Source of the DNA: Clostridia bacterium
GTDB lineage: Bacteria > Bacillota > Clostridia > CAKSNL01 > HGM11501
Assembly: GCA_045545475.1 (NCBI GenBank)
Contig: JAZQAZ010000020.1
Location: 1-64,000, forward strand
Reading direction: 5' to 3'
Length of the DNA stretch: 64,000 bases
The notes beneath the pieces were generated by a model. It did no database searches. It was not told where the DNA came from and worked only from the letters and a program-made list of their open reading frames with translations. Below, one piece after another: positions 1 to 9,785 of this stretch. Position 1 is the first letter of the stretch; every line of letters begins with the position of its first letter. The translations under genes were made by a program, and so were the position numbers.

Positions 1-963
1 ACAGGCCCCAGAGGTCCCAGAGGCGTTCAGGGTCCCATGGGTGAGATTGGTCCTGTTGGTCCAATCGCTCCCAGGGGCCCGATTGGATTTACCGGTGCAA
101 CCGGAGCACAAGGCCCCGCCGGCCCTCAGGGACCCATAGGCGAAACCGGTCCTGCCGGCCCACAGGGTCCTGTAGGTGAAACCGGCCCCGCCGGCCCTCA
201 GGGTCCTGCGGGTGAAACCGGTCCTGCCGGCCCTCAGGGTCCTGTAGGTGAAACCGGCCCCGCCGGCCCTCAGGGTCCTGCGGGTGAAACCGGTCCTGCC
301 GGCCCACAGGGTCCCGTAGGTGAAACCGGCCCCGCCGGCCCACAGGGTCCTGTAGGCGAAACCGGCCCTGCCGGCCCACAGGGACCCATAGGCGAAACCG
401 GTCCCGTTGGCCCTCAGGGACCCATAGGCGAAACCGGCCCTGTCGGCCCTCAGGGACCCATAGGCGAAACCGGTCCTGCCGGCCCTCAGGGTCCTATAGG
501 CGAAACCGGTCCTGCCGGCCCGCAGGGTATTCCCGGAGGTGTACTGAACTACGCTGACTTTTATGCTCTTATGCCACCGGATAATGCCGATACGGTTGCC
601 CCGGGTACGGATGTAAGCTTTCCGCAGAATGGTCCTACGAGTGGAGAAAATATAGAGAGAATTACGGATGAATCCTTTAATCTTGCACTGGCGGGAACCT
701 ACCAGGTCTTCTTCCAGGTGAGTGTTGCTGAAGCCGGACAGTTGGTGCTGACACTTGACGGAGAGGAACTTGACTACACTGTAGTCGGAAGAGCAACCGG
801 AGACAGTCAGATTGTCGGAATGGCCCTTGTTACAGCCCCTGAGGCAGGAAGTGTCCTTACGGTAAGAAATCCCGCAGGTAATGCTACAGCACTTACTGTT
901 ACTCCTTTAGCCGGAGGAACAAGACCTGTTTCTGCACATCTTGTAATAGTTCAGATTGCCTGA
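1..963 (+). CDS. Collagen-like (Gly-X-Y) protein with BclA-type C-terminal domain; 5' end lies upstream of the window
   Basis: The frame is open from base 1 ([13 protein letters not shown]...), with about 55 G-X-Y triplets followed by a ~140-aa beta-rich domain ([12 protein letters not shown]...[10 protein letters not shown]) typical of clostridial exosporium collagen-like proteins. Confidence 0.85.
   Translation, partial: TGPRGPRGVQGPMGEIGPVGPIAPRGPIGFTGATGAQGPAGPQGPIGETGPAGPQGPVGETGPAGPQGPAGETGPAGPQGPVGETGPAGPQGPAGETGPAGPQGPVGETGPAGPQGPVGETGPAGPQGPIGETGPVGPQGPIGETGPVGPQGPIGETGPAGPQGPIGETGPAGPQGIPGGVLNYADFYALMPPDNADTVAPGTDVSFPQNGPTSGENIERITDESFNLALAGTYQVFFQVSVAEAGQLVLTLDGEELDYTVVGRATGDSQIVGMALVTAPEAGSVLTVRNPAGNATALTVTPLAGGTRPVSAHLVIVQIA
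112..528 (+). repeat. Coding tandem repeat, 36-bp unit (GPAGPQGP[V/I/A]GET), about 11.5 copies
   Basis: Eleven GET triplets at a 12-aa period; near-identical DNA units such as ggtgaaaccggccccgccggccctcagggtcct. Confidence 0.95.
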
Positions 964-969
964 AGTTTA

Positions 970-1019
970 AATAAAAAAGTCGTAGCCAACGCACCGTCGT
1001 TGGCTACGACTTTTTTATT
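970..1019. terminator. Bidirectional rho-independent terminator
   Basis: Perfect 22-bp inverted repeat (AATAAAAAAGTCGTAGCCAACG / CGTTGGCTACGACTTTTTTATT) between convergent genes. Confidence 0.9.
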
Positions 1020-2067
1020 CTGCATTATCAAATTCTTTCAGGGCATCGGCAAAACAGCGGCCAAATTCGATTGCTTTTTGAGGCAAAAAGACATTTTCGT
1101 TTTTTCCGAAATAGGTACATTCCAGGGAAAAAGAAAGTCTTGCACTGCCGTAATCGTTTGCGAATGTGGCAAAACATTTGGTTTTTGATGAATTCCACGA
1201 AACATCGGGAGCCAAATTGTTTTCACTTGAGTATTTAAGCGAGTTTTCGCTGTTGTGCTTTTCAAGCAATTTGCCAAAACGGTTATAGTCTTTAAGCTTT
1301 TCATGTCTTTTTTCAACTATGAAAACATTGTCATTTTCTCCGCCCTTATGCCAGGGAGAATGAAAATCAAAAGCATAATCTATTCCTCCTGATGCAAGCT
1401 TTCGTATGGCGTTCGTTTCGGGATAAATCGCAGGAAGGTTCAAGTCGTAATCCCTGTTGTGGTCATGGGGGATACGTCCCTTTCCCTGATCTCCGTCTAC
1501 AACTCCGTCAAAATCAACGAAGGGGATAACTATTACTTTTGAGTCCTTTAATGGGGCAGACAAAAGTCGGTTGATAATTCCTTCAAGAACATAACTTCCT
1601 GAAGATTCGCATGCGTGATGACGAGCGGTGAGCAAAACCGTTTTTTTACCGTTCCCGAATTCCGTAAAAGGAACGCTTCTTCCTTTTTTGGATTTACAAA
1701 GCTCCTTTACGGCAAGGCCTTTTTTCTTAGCAAAACATAAAAATCTTTCGGGGTGATACAACATGCTGTGAGCAAAGTAAATCTTATTCTCATTTTCTTT
1801 GATGGTATAGGAAAAGGTGTTGTCGTCATCGCATTTTCCCAGCCATTCCCAGTTTATAAGGTCGTGGCTTACAGCAGGACCAAAATATCCGATGCGGTTT
1901 TCGGGAAAAATGAATTTATATGTTTCGCCTTTTAATCCATTAAGGCAAAAAGCCCAGTAAAACCAGTCATCTTTGGAGTCTCTGAGTTCATTATTAAGAG
2001 AGAAAATGTTTGCGACTCTTTTAAGTATGCGAATGTTTCCGCCGGTAAAATCTTTACTTACACACAT
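1015..2067 (-). CDS. M14 family zinc carboxypeptidase-like protein (cytosolic type)
   Basis: HxxE motif (ARHHACES), NR motif (DHNRDY), DFH zinc ligand; no signal peptide. Confidence 0.8.
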   Translation of the reverse strand: MCVSKDFTGGNIRILKRVANIFSLNNELRDSKDDWFYWAFCLNGLKGETYKFIFPENRIGYFGPAVSHDLINWEWLGKCDDDNTFSYTIKENENKIYFAHSMLYHPERFLCFAKKKGLAVKELCKSKKGRSVPFTEFGNGKKTVLLTARHHACESSGSYVLEGIINRLLSAPLKDSKVIVIPFVDFDGVVDGDQGKGRIPHDHNRDYDLNLPAIYPETNAIRKLASGGIDYAFDFHSPWHKGGENDNVFIVEKRHEKLKDYNRFGKLLEKHNSENSLKYSSENNLAPDVSWNSSKTKCFATFANDYGSARLSFSLECTYFGKNENVFLPQKAIEFGRCFADALKEFDNAE

Positions 2068-2083
2068 TTTGGCCTCCGCTTGA

Positions 2084-2836
2084 TTAAAGATGATAGTAAT
2101 AGCCGTTATTTTCGGGTACCTTTATTACCTCTGCACCGAACACTTTTTTTATAACTCCGGATTTATAGATGTTTTCAGGGGTATCCTGCATTATGATTTT
2201 GCCCTCTGACATAACTGCAATGCTATCGGATAATGTTAAGGCGAGAGGGAGGTCATGAAGTACGGATACAATACCTTTTTCTTCGCCGGAAAGATTACGA
2301 AATAGCTTTAAAAGTTTTGCCTGAGCCGAAATGTCAAGATAAGTGGTGGGCTCATCCATTAAGATATATTCGCTGCTTTGGCATAAAGCCATGGCAATAA
2401 AAGCATTTTGTTTCATTCCTCCGGAAAGTGTGCTTAATCTGTTTTTGGCAAGATGGGAAATATGAAGTTTTTCCATTGCTTCAAAGGCGATAAGCTTATC
2501 GTCTTTGCTGTATGCTCCACCAAAGGCGGTATGGGGGTATCTTCCGTGGAGGACCAAATTTTCTACTGTCATATCAGGAATGTTTTTTCCTTGTATGAGA
2601 TAGGCAATTTTTCTTGCACGTTCCTTTCGCTTTAAGTAGAAGGAATCGCATCCGTTGATGAAAAATGTATCCTTTTTTTGAGGGATTATTCCAGAAATAT
2701 AGTTAAGCAGAGTGGTTTTTCCACACCCGTTAGGCCCGATTAGAGAAGTTATTTTTCCTTTTTCAAATGAAAGTGAAAGGTTTTTTAATACTTCTTTTTT
2801 TCCGTAGGAAACTGAAAGGTTTTTGATTTCAAGCAT
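2084..2836 (-). CDS. Iron-chelate/cobalamin-type ABC transporter ATP-binding protein (FepC/BtuD-like)
   Basis: Walker A GPNGCGKTT, LSGG signature, DEPTTYLD, VLHDL. Confidence 0.92.
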   Translation of the reverse strand: MLEIKNLSVSYGKKEVLKNLSLSFEKGKITSLIGPNGCGKTTLLNYISGIIPQKKDTFFINGCDSFYLKRKERARKIAYLIQGKNIPDMTVENLVLHGRYPHTAFGGAYSKDDKLIAFEAMEKLHISHLAKNRLSTLSGGMKQNAFIAMALCQSSEYILMDEPTTYLDISAQAKLLKLFRNLSGEEKGIVSVLHDLPLALTLSDSIAVMSEGKIIMQDTPENIYKSGVIKKVFGAEVIKVPENNGYYYHL

Positions 2837-3844
2837 TTATCGACCCTCCTTTTTCCCGGAAATAAGAGCTATGAAGAAGGGTACCCCGAAAAACGCCATT
2901 ATGATTCCCACGGGAATTTCGTGTGGAGAAAACAATGTTCTTGCAAAGGTGTCGGATATGGTTACAAAGCTTGCACCAAATAATGCAGATAAAGGCAAAA
3001 GGTTTCTGTTTTCTGTTACTCCGACATATCGAAGGGCATGGGGAACGATTAAACCTATAAAGGAAATAAGTCCTGCAAGACTTACGGAAGCACCGGACAA
3101 GAGTGCAACGGATATGAGAAAGAAAATTCGGTAAAATCTTACGTTAAGGCCCAGGGCTTCTGCATTTGAGTCTCCCATGGATATTATGTCAAGTCTGTCA
3201 GAAAGAAAGAACAGAATTATTAGAACCAAAATGATGATTATGATTCCGGGGACAAGTTTTTTATATGTAATTCCGGAAAAGTCTCCTATTTTAAAGTCGG
3301 ATGTGAAAATAGAAAGAGAGGGATTAAAAGAAATTAAAGCATCTGAAAAAGCACCGAATAAGGCATTTAGTGCCACTCCTGCCAGGATAACGGTACTTTT
3401 GCCGTGTCCGATTTTTATTGAAAGCAAAATTAATATTATAACAGCCAGAAAAGCACCGGTAAATGCAATTGCCGAGAGAGAAAAGCCGCCGTAGATTCCG
3501 AAAAAAGCTGCAACGGTAACGGCCAGTCCGGCTCCTGAGTTTACGCCGATAATACTTGGGGAAGCAAGCTTATTGGAAAGAACAGCCTGCATGACGGCAC
3601 CCGAAACACTTAAAGCTGCACCGACAAAGAGAGAGGAAAGCGTTCGGGGCAGTCTTGAAAATAAAAAAATTGTTTCATCAGGGGTGGTTGCACCGTTTTT
3701 CAAAGCGTTTAGCATGGCATATACCGGTATTTTCACACTTCCCTTTGCAAAACCGAAACAAGCCGCCAGCATAAAAAGCGTGGCGGCAAGTATATAAAGT
3801 GATAATGTTTTTTTATTTTTCGAGTATATCAGTGAGGATTTCAT
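2837..3844 (-). CDS. FecCD-family iron-chelate ABC permease
   Basis: RLPR, NKLASPSIIGVNSGAG, ISFIGLIVPH and EIPVG motifs; hydrophobic. Start could be 3844 or 3865. Confidence 0.92.
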   Translation of the reverse strand: MKSSLIYSKNKKTLSLYILAATLFMLAACFGFAKGSVKIPVYAMLNALKNGATTPDETIFLFSRLPRTLSSLFVGAALSVSGAVMQAVLSNKLASPSIIGVNSGAGLAVTVAAFFGIYGGFSLSAIAFTGAFLAVIILILLSIKIGHGKSTVILAGVALNALFGAFSDALISFNPSLSIFTSDFKIGDFSGITYKKLVPGIIIIILVLIILFFLSDRLDIISMGDSNAEALGLNVRFYRIFFLISVALLSGASVSLAGLISFIGLIVPHALRYVGVTENRNLLPLSALFGASFVTISDTFARTLFSPHEIPVGIIMAFFGVPFFIALISGKKEGR

Positions 3845-4778
3845 AGCTTTCACCCCATCTTGCATTAGGCTTTAAGCTGAAAAGTCTTTTGTCCATAAAA
3901 TGAACTCTGCCTTCTTTTACAGCAGTTAACGAACGCCATGCGGAATTTTCATAAAACATGTTGTTGACGTTTTCTTTGGCACTTTCAGCATCGTCTCCCA
4001 TCTGCACAATAAATATGCGGTAGGGATCCTCTTTTATTATGCTTTCTATGCTTAAGTCCTCAAGTAAAGTTTTATTGCTGTCCGCTATGTTTTTATAGCC
4101 TAAATCCTTGAGCATACCTCCAAGAACGTAAGAAGAACTTCCTTTAGCTTTTATAAGACCTGAGGATGCACGAAGAAGGAGATAAGTCTTTTCTGCCTCC
4201 GGAATTTCTTTTTCTGAAAAATCCGCTTTTACGGAGTCGGTTTTTTCTTTTATCATAAGGCCGTTTTTTTCATACAAATCACTGCGACCTGTTATGTCGG
4301 TGCATATCTTGAGCATTTTGAGATAGTCAGAAAAGGAATTTATCTCAAAAAATGCCACTGTATAACCTGCATGGGAGAGTGTTGGGAGCAGATCAAGATT
4401 TGAAGTCGTATTTGAGCTTGCAATTATAAGTGGAGGATTTGAGGATAAAATAAGCTCAAGGTCGGGTTCCTTCACGGTGCCTAAATTGATGGCATCCGGT
4501 ATATCCATGTTGAAATCCTCCCAGGCATCCTCTGCCGTAGCTAAGATATTGCCGCCTGAAAGACGCCATATATCGGCAAGGCTTCCCACCAATACGGCGG
4601 CATCAACTGTTCCCTCAGGAACGGAAACTGTTCTTCCCAGGCTGTCGGTAAAAGTGATGTAATTGACAGTGGCAGTCCTTGCTTTTTCTGTCCTGTTACA
4701 GGCAGTAAAAGATAAAATGAGAGAAAACAGAAGAATAAGAACACTTACTTTTTTAACCAATGATTTTTTCTGAAACAT
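3813..4778 (-). CDS. Iron-chelate/B12-type ABC substrate-binding lipoprotein
   Basis: Lipobox FTAC, FTDSLGRTV, PDLELILS.NP, WRSLTAVKEGRV. Confidence 0.9.
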   Translation of the reverse strand: MFQKKSLVKKVSVLILLFSLILSFTACNRTEKARTATVNYITFTDSLGRTVSVPEGTVDAAVLVGSLADIWRLSGGNILATAEDAWEDFNMDIPDAINLGTVKEPDLELILSSNPPLIIASSNTTSNLDLLPTLSHAGYTVAFFEINSFSDYLKMLKICTDITGRSDLYEKNGLMIKEKTDSVKADFSEKEIPEAEKTYLLLRASSGLIKAKGSSSYVLGGMLKDLGYKNIADSNKTLLEDLSIESIIKEDPYRIFIVQMGDDAESAKENVNNMFYENSAWRSLTAVKEGRVHFMDKRLFSLKPNARWGESYEILTDILEK

Positions 4779-5679
4779 ATGAAAAACCCAATCTTTCTAT
4801 AGTATCGGCAAAACGCTCGCCCTTGATTCCTTCATCACGGAATAGAATGATTGCTTTTTCGATAGCATTTAGCACCTCATCCTCTGATGTGAAAATTACA
4901 GGGAGGGGAGTTCCACGTCCGGTTTTCTTTCCCCAGCGACCGCCTAAGTACATTTTATAGCCTTCCGAAGCGTTTTCAAAAACACCGAAGGGACATTTTT
5001 TATGGCATCTTCCGCAGTTGTTGCAAAGCGTAGAGTCGATTTGAACTTTACCGTCTTTAAGAGATGCAGCCTTCATGGGGCATGCTTCTTCAATGGCACA
5101 CTTTTTGCATCCTTTACATTTATCTGTGTCGGGGGTAAATATCCTTTGTCCGATTATTCCGATGTCATTAAGGTCGGGCTTTACGCAGTTGTTGGGACAA
5201 CCGCCAACTGCAATTTTGAATTTATGAGGGAGTACCTCTTTGTGATAGCCAAGATAAAATCGCTCATGGATTTTTGAACTTAATGAAAATGTATCTATAA
5301 GGCCGAAGTGGCAGGTCGTGCCTTTGCAGGAAACCACGGGACGAACCCTTGGACCTGTACCTCCAACTTCTATATTATGCTCTTTCAGGAACATAATTAA
5401 AGAGGGAATATTTTCGTATTTTACACCTTGAATTTCAACAGTCATACGGCTGGTAAAAGCAACCTCGGAAGAACCAAATTTATCCGCAGCATCAAGTATA
5501 ATTCTGTTCATGTCGGTTGTTATTTTGCCGTTTCCGGTTATTACTCTTGCATTAAAAACATCAGGAAAGCGTTTGTCACGAAGAAAACCGAGTCCCTTCA
5601 CGGCGGCGATTTGTTCACTTGTGAGCTTTCCGTCAATTGGTGTGAGGCCGAGTGCTTCAAAGTCCTTTGATTTATCCAT
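4753..5679 (-). CDS. Nitrite/sulfite reductase family protein (AsrC-like, siroheme-[4Fe-4S]) with inserted ferredoxin domain
   Basis: Siroheme/cluster ligands CKGTTC...KFKIAVGGCPNNC; ferredoxin motifs CKGCKKC...CP and CNNCGRC...CP; TSRMTVEI half-domain. Confidence 0.85.
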   Translation of the reverse strand: MDKSKDFEALGLTPIDGKLTSEQIAAVKGLGFLRDKRFPDVFNARVITGNGKITTDMNRIILDAADKFGSSEVAFTSRMTVEIQGVKYENIPSLIMFLKEHNIEVGGTGPRVRPVVSCKGTTCHFGLIDTFSLSSKIHERFYLGYHKEVLPHKFKIAVGGCPNNCVKPDLNDIGIIGQRIFTPDTDKCKGCKKCAIEEACPMKAASLKDGKVQIDSTLCNNCGRCHKKCPFGVFENASEGYKMYLGGRWGKKTGRGTPLPVIFTSEDEVLNAIEKAIILFRDEGIKGERFADTIERLGFSYVSEKIIG

Positions 5680-5714
5680 ATTTATGCTCCTTTGGTATTT
5701 ATTTTGTCTTCCAT

Positions 5715-5743
5715 ATTATAACACTTTGACTAAAAAGTGTCAA
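5715..5743 (-). promoter_or_regulatory. Consensus sigma-A promoter for the reductase/ABC operon, with overlapping palindrome
   Basis: Minus strand TTGACA-17 bp-TATAAT; ACACTTT-N6-AAAGTGT at 5721-5740. Confidence 0.75.
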
Positions 5744-5778
5744 TAAGAGCAAAATAAAAGACCGCTTGCGGCCTTTTA

Positions 5779-6699
5779 TTACTTATTCATAAGATATTCT
5801 TCCAGAGCGTGGGCGGCACAGGCACCGTCAGATGTTGCTGTTACAATCTGCCTGAAGGGTTTTGTTCTGACATCGCCTGCGGCGAAAACTCCGGGGATAG
5901 AGGTGAGAGTTGATTCATCGGCTATGATATATCCGTTTCCATCAAGAGAAAGCTCATTTTGGAACAAAGAAGTGTTTGGAATTCTGCCTATGCTGATGAA
6001 AATTCCGTCGGTTTTAACCTCTGTGAAAGTGTTATCTTTCACGTTTTTTATAATGGCTCCGGATACTTTTCCATCTGCAAGGATTTTATCCAAAACAGAG
6101 TTCCACATAAATTCTATGTTCTTAGCCTTTTTGAGTAAATCGGCATAATACTTTTCTGCTCTTAAAGTATCTCTTCTGTGCACAATGATTACTTTCTCGC
6201 AAATATTTGAAAGGTATGCCGCATCACCTGTGGCAGAGTTTCCTCCGCCTATTACCATAACGGTTTTGCCTCGGTAAAACGTTCCGTCGCATGTTGCACA
6301 GTAGCCTACTCCTTTTCCGATGAGGGAATCTTCCTCGGGAAGACCTAAGTGCTTATGAGTGGCTCCCGTTGCTATTATCACTGCTTTTCCGTAAAAAGTT
6401 CCGTCAGCAGTTCCCACTTCTTTTATGTCTTTGGAAAGGCATGTGGCAATAACTTCGGTTTGCATGGTTTCACAGCCGAAACGCTCTGCACCCTTTTGCA
6501 TATTGTAGCCAAGGGTAAAGCCGTCAATTCCGTCGGGGAAGCCGGGATAGTTATCTATTGCGTTGGTTTCGGTCATTTGTCCGCCGGCAGAAAATTTTTC
6601 AATAAGAAGTGTTGAAAATCCTGCACGGCAGGCATATAGTGCGGCAGTATAGCCTGCCGGACCTCCGCCGATGATTATTACATCATAAATTTTATCCAT
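5779..6699 (-). CDS. trxB: Thioredoxin-disulfide reductase
   Basis: GGGPAG FAD motif, CATCDG redox centre, GGGNSA, GVFAAGD. Confidence 0.95.
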   Translation of the reverse strand: MDKIYDVIIIGGGPAGYTAALYACRAGFSTLLIEKFSAGGQMTETNAIDNYPGFPDGIDGFTLGYNMQKGAERFGCETMQTEVIATCLSKDIKEVGTADGTFYGKAVIIATGATHKHLGLPEEDSLIGKGVGYCATCDGTFYRGKTVMVIGGGNSATGDAAYLSNICEKVIIVHRRDTLRAEKYYADLLKKAKNIEFMWNSVLDKILADGKVSGAIIKNVKDNTFTEVKTDGIFISIGRIPNTSLFQNELSLDGNGYIIADESTLTSIPGVFAAGDVRTKPFRQIVTATSDGACAAHALEEYLMNK

Positions 6700-6707
6700 A
6701 GGACACC

Positions 6708-7016
6708 TTATTTTAAAAGCTCTAAAATTTTGTTTTTGGGAATGGCACCGACGGTACTGTTTGCAATTTTTCCGTCCTTGACAACGAAGATGGAGGGAAT
6801 GCTCATTATGCCGAACTTCTGTGCAAGCTCGTCCTCTTCATCTACATTTACCTTTCCGACTTTGATTTCGGGGTGTTCCTCGGCAATTTCATCAATGATG
6901 GGAGAAACCATACGGCAGGGACCGCACCAGCTTGCCCAGAAATCAAGAAGCACTGTCTTTTCAGACTTCAATACCTCTTCTTCGAAATTGTTTTTTGTGA
7001 TAGTGATTACTGACAT
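6708..7016 (-). CDS. trxA: Thioredoxin
   Basis: WCGPC active site, 102 aa. Confidence 0.97.
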   Translation of the reverse strand: MSVITITKNNFEEEVLKSEKTVLLDFWASWCGPCRMVSPIIDEIAEEHPEIKVGKVNVDEEDELAQKFGIMSIPSIFVVKDGKIANSTVGAIPKNKILELLK

Positions 7017-7036
7017 TTAAATTCCTCCTTTTTAAT

Positions 7037-7789
7037 TTATCCCAAAAGTACGTCGGATATCAGCATGATGCAAAAACCCAGTAAAAGGGCATAGGTTGCA
7101 CCACGCTGGCTTCCGTGAGCGTGTGTTTCCGGGATCATTTCATCGCTGATTACATAAAGCATTGTACCTCCTGCAAAGGCAAGGGCAAATGGTAATATGG
7201 CAGTTGAAATGCTTACTGCAAAATAACCGATTAAAGTGCCTATAACTTCCACAAGTCCGGTTATTGCCGCCGCAATAAATGTTTTCTTAGGCTTAATTCC
7301 GGCACTGAGCATGGGTCCTATAATTACCATTCCTTCGGGGATGTTCTGAAGGGCGATACCGCCTGCTATTAAAAGTGCCTTACCGGTGTCTCCGCTTCCG
7401 AAGCCTACGCCTGCGGCGATGCCCTCGGGAAGATTATGGATTGCTATTGCCGTAACGAAAAGAAGTACCTTATTTAAGCTCTGATTGTTGTGACTTTCAG
7501 CTTCATCGCCCATAAGAGCGTGAAGGTGAGGGACTAATTTGTCTATTAAATTAAGGGCAAAGGCTCCTGCAAAAATTCCTGTCACAGCATATATAAGACC
7601 GTATTTTCCGCCGTATTCAACGGAGGGGAGTATAAGTCCCAATACCGCTGCCGCCAGCATGACTCCTGCTGCGAACGATAAAACAATGTCGGAAAATTTG
7701 TGGGAAATATCTTTGAATAAAAAACCTATTATGACGCCGATGATAGTAGCTCCTCCGACGCCTAAGGCTGTAAGCAAAACCATTTCCAT
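7037..7789 (-). CDS. ZIP family metal transporter (ZupT/GufA-like)
   Basis: AIAIHNLPEG and ALQNIPEG motifs; SFAAGVML; multi-TM. Confidence 0.92.
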   Translation of the reverse strand: MEMVLLTALGVGGATIIGVIIGFLFKDISHKFSDIVLSFAAGVMLAAAVLGLILPSVEYGGKYGLIYAVTGIFAGAFALNLIDKLVPHLHALMGDEAESHNNQSLNKVLLFVTAIAIHNLPEGIAAGVGFGSGDTGKALLIAGGIALQNIPEGMVIIGPMLSAGIKPKKTFIAAAITGLVEVIGTLIGYFAVSISTAILPFALAFAGGTMLYVISDEMIPETHAHGSQRGATYALLLGFCIMLISDVLLG

Positions 7790-7810
7790 TATAAAACCTT
7801 CTCCCGGATT

Positions 7811-8965
7811 TTATTTTGCAAGCTCACTTGCCAAAGCTTCGAGCTCTTTTTTGTTATCATCAGTTAATGCGGAAAGAATTTTAACTTCGGTTTCTGCATA
7901 GGTTAAATTTTTGCTTTTTTCAAGCAAGCCCTTCATAACCTTTGCAGCCATTGGGGCCCAGCTTCCGTTTTCGATAAAGGCAACATGGCGGTTTTGGAAG
8001 TTTCTTTCTGTAAGATGGTCGATAAACTCTTTCATAAAGGGAAATATATCCGCATTGTAGGTGGTTGTTGCAAGAACAAGCTTTGAATATTTGAAGGCAT
8101 CCGCTGTTGCAAGGGACATATCGCTTCTTGCAAGGTCTGTAAGAATAACGGTTTTTACACCCTTTTCCTTAAGCTTTTCGTATAAATATTCCGCTGCCTT
8201 TTTTGTGTTGCCGTAAACCGAGGTATAGGCAATCATTACGCCGTCCTCTTCGGGAGTGTAGCCTGACCAGGTGTTATAAAGGTTAAGGTAGTAGCCTAAA
8301 TTGTCCTTAAGCACCGGGCCGTGGAGGGGGCAGATTATTTTAATATCAAGAGCAGATGCTTTTTTCAAGAGGGCTTGCACCTGAGTGCCGTATTTTCCCA
8401 CAATTCCGATATAATAACGCCTTGCTTCGTCTGCCCAGGCTTCGTCAGTATCGGGAGTGCCGAACTTTCCGAATCCGTCTGCCGAGAAGAGCACCTTATC
8501 AAAACTGTCATATGCCACGATAACCTCGGGCCAGTGCACCATAGGAGCTGTGAGGAAGGTTAGATTGTGACGCCCTAAGGAAAGGGTTGTTCCTTCGCCT
8601 GCCACCACTTGTTTTTCCTGAAAATCCGTTCCGAAAAACTGTTTCATCATAGCAAAAGCTTTTGTCGAGGCAACTATTTTAGCATTGGGATAAAGCTCCG
8701 TAAAAGCTTTGATGTTGGAAGAATGATCGGGTTCCATATGCAAAACTATAAGGTAGTCCGGTTTTCTTTCGCCGAGAGCGTTCTTAAGGTTGTAAAGCCA
8801 TTCTTCCATAAACGAAGCGTCTGATGTATCAAATACAGCAATTTTTTCGTCATTAATTAAATATGAGTTATATGAAATCCCTGAAGGAATTTTATACTGA
8901 CCTTCAAAAAGGTCGGTTTTTCTGTCGTTTACGCCGATATATTTGATGTCTTCGGTTATAAGCAT
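7811..8965 (-). CDS. fprA: Flavodiiron protein (FprA/NorV-like A-type flavoprotein)
   Basis: HMEPDH di-iron motif, HWPE, SADGFG, PLHG, C-terminal flavodoxin domain YTSVYGNT...ENGSW. The start codon is GTG. Confidence 0.93.
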   Translation of the reverse strand: MLITEDIKYIGVNDRKTDLFEGQYKIPSGISYNSYLINDEKIAVFDTSDASFMEEWLYNLKNALGERKPDYLIVLHMEPDHSSNIKAFTELYPNAKIVASTKAFAMMKQFFGTDFQEKQVVAGEGTTLSLGRHNLTFLTAPMVHWPEVIVAYDSFDKVLFSADGFGKFGTPDTDEAWADEARRYYIGIVGKYGTQVQALLKKASALDIKIICPLHGPVLKDNLGYYLNLYNTWSGYTPEEDGVMIAYTSVYGNTKKAAEYLYEKLKEKGVKTVILTDLARSDMSLATADAFKYSKLVLATTTYNADIFPFMKEFIDHLTERNFQNRHVAFIENGSWAPMAAKVMKGLLEKSKNLTYAETEVKILSALTDDNKKELEALASELAK

Positions 8966-9026
8966 TTTTGCACCTCTTAATTGTTTTTTTATATTATATC
9001 ACAAGAGGAAAATTTTTTCAATATTC

Positions 9027-9719
9027 TTATTCGAGAATTTTTCCGTCTGTTGATACGGTTATTACCTGCCATGGGATAAATTTACCGCTTGCTATAAGAG
9101 CGTTTTTGGTGGCGTTTTCAATCCCTCCGCAGCAGGGGACTTCCATGCGGACAACGGTAACGCTTTTTATGTTGTTGCTTTTTATTATTTCCGTAAGTTT
9201 GTCGGTGTAATCCCCTTCATCAAGCTTGGGACAGCCGATTAGGGTTATACGGTTTTTAATAAACTCGTTGTGGAAATCGCCGTAGGCATATGCCGTACAA
9301 TCTGCCGCAATCAAAAGGTCCGCTTCATCGAAATAGGGAGCATTAACGGGAACTAATTTTATCTGGCAGGGCCACTGACGAAGGCGGCTCTGGATTTTTT
9401 GACTGTAAGTGGGTGCATCGTCTCCCTTTATTGCCTTGCTTGCCGTACCCGGACAAGCGCACGGAAGTTTTACGCCTGAATTTTTTATTTTAGCTATACG
9501 CACAGCTTCTTCGTTGTAGGCAGGAGCTTCTCTTTCTTCAAAGGTAATTGCACCGGTTGGACAGGAGGGAAGACAATCCCCCAGGCCGTCACAGTAGTCT
9601 TCTCTTGTCAAAACAGCTTTTCCGTTTATTATTTCAATTGCACCTTCGTGGCAAGCATCGGCACAAAGACCGCAGCCTGTGCATTTTTCTTCATCTATCT
9701 TTATTATCTTTCTTAACAT
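9027..9719 (-). CDS. 4Fe-4S binding protein (ferredoxin domain plus QWP...GCPKLD...MEVPCC domain)
   Basis: CTGCGLC..AC and CDGLGDC..SCP motifs; RBS AGGAG before ATG 9719; this family is commonly divergent from Crp/Fnr genes in Clostridia. Confidence 0.85.
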   Translation of the reverse strand: MLRKIIKIDEEKCTGCGLCADACHEGAIEIINGKAVLTREDYCDGLGDCLPSCPTGAITFEEREAPAYNEEAVRIAKIKNSGVKLPCACPGTASKAIKGDDAPTYSQKIQSRLRQWPCQIKLVPVNAPYFDEADLLIAADCTAYAYGDFHNEFIKNRITLIGCPKLDEGDYTDKLTEIIKSNNIKSVTVVRMEVPCCGGIENATKNALIASGKFIPWQVITVSTDGKILE

Positions 9720-9785
9720 CTTTAAGTCTCTCCTTTTTATTATTGATTTTATGAGCATATTATATTATAATAATTTTTGAAAGTA

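Noticed and set aside
112-528. 36-bp repeats as a CRISPR array
   Set aside because: The units are contiguous with no unique spacers, encode in-frame Gly-X-Y collagen, and no cas genes are present.
5680-5778. Cobalamin riboswitch upstream of the FecCD/BtuCD-like operon
   Set aside because: The leader is only ~30 nt after the -10 box and contains no B12-box motifs.
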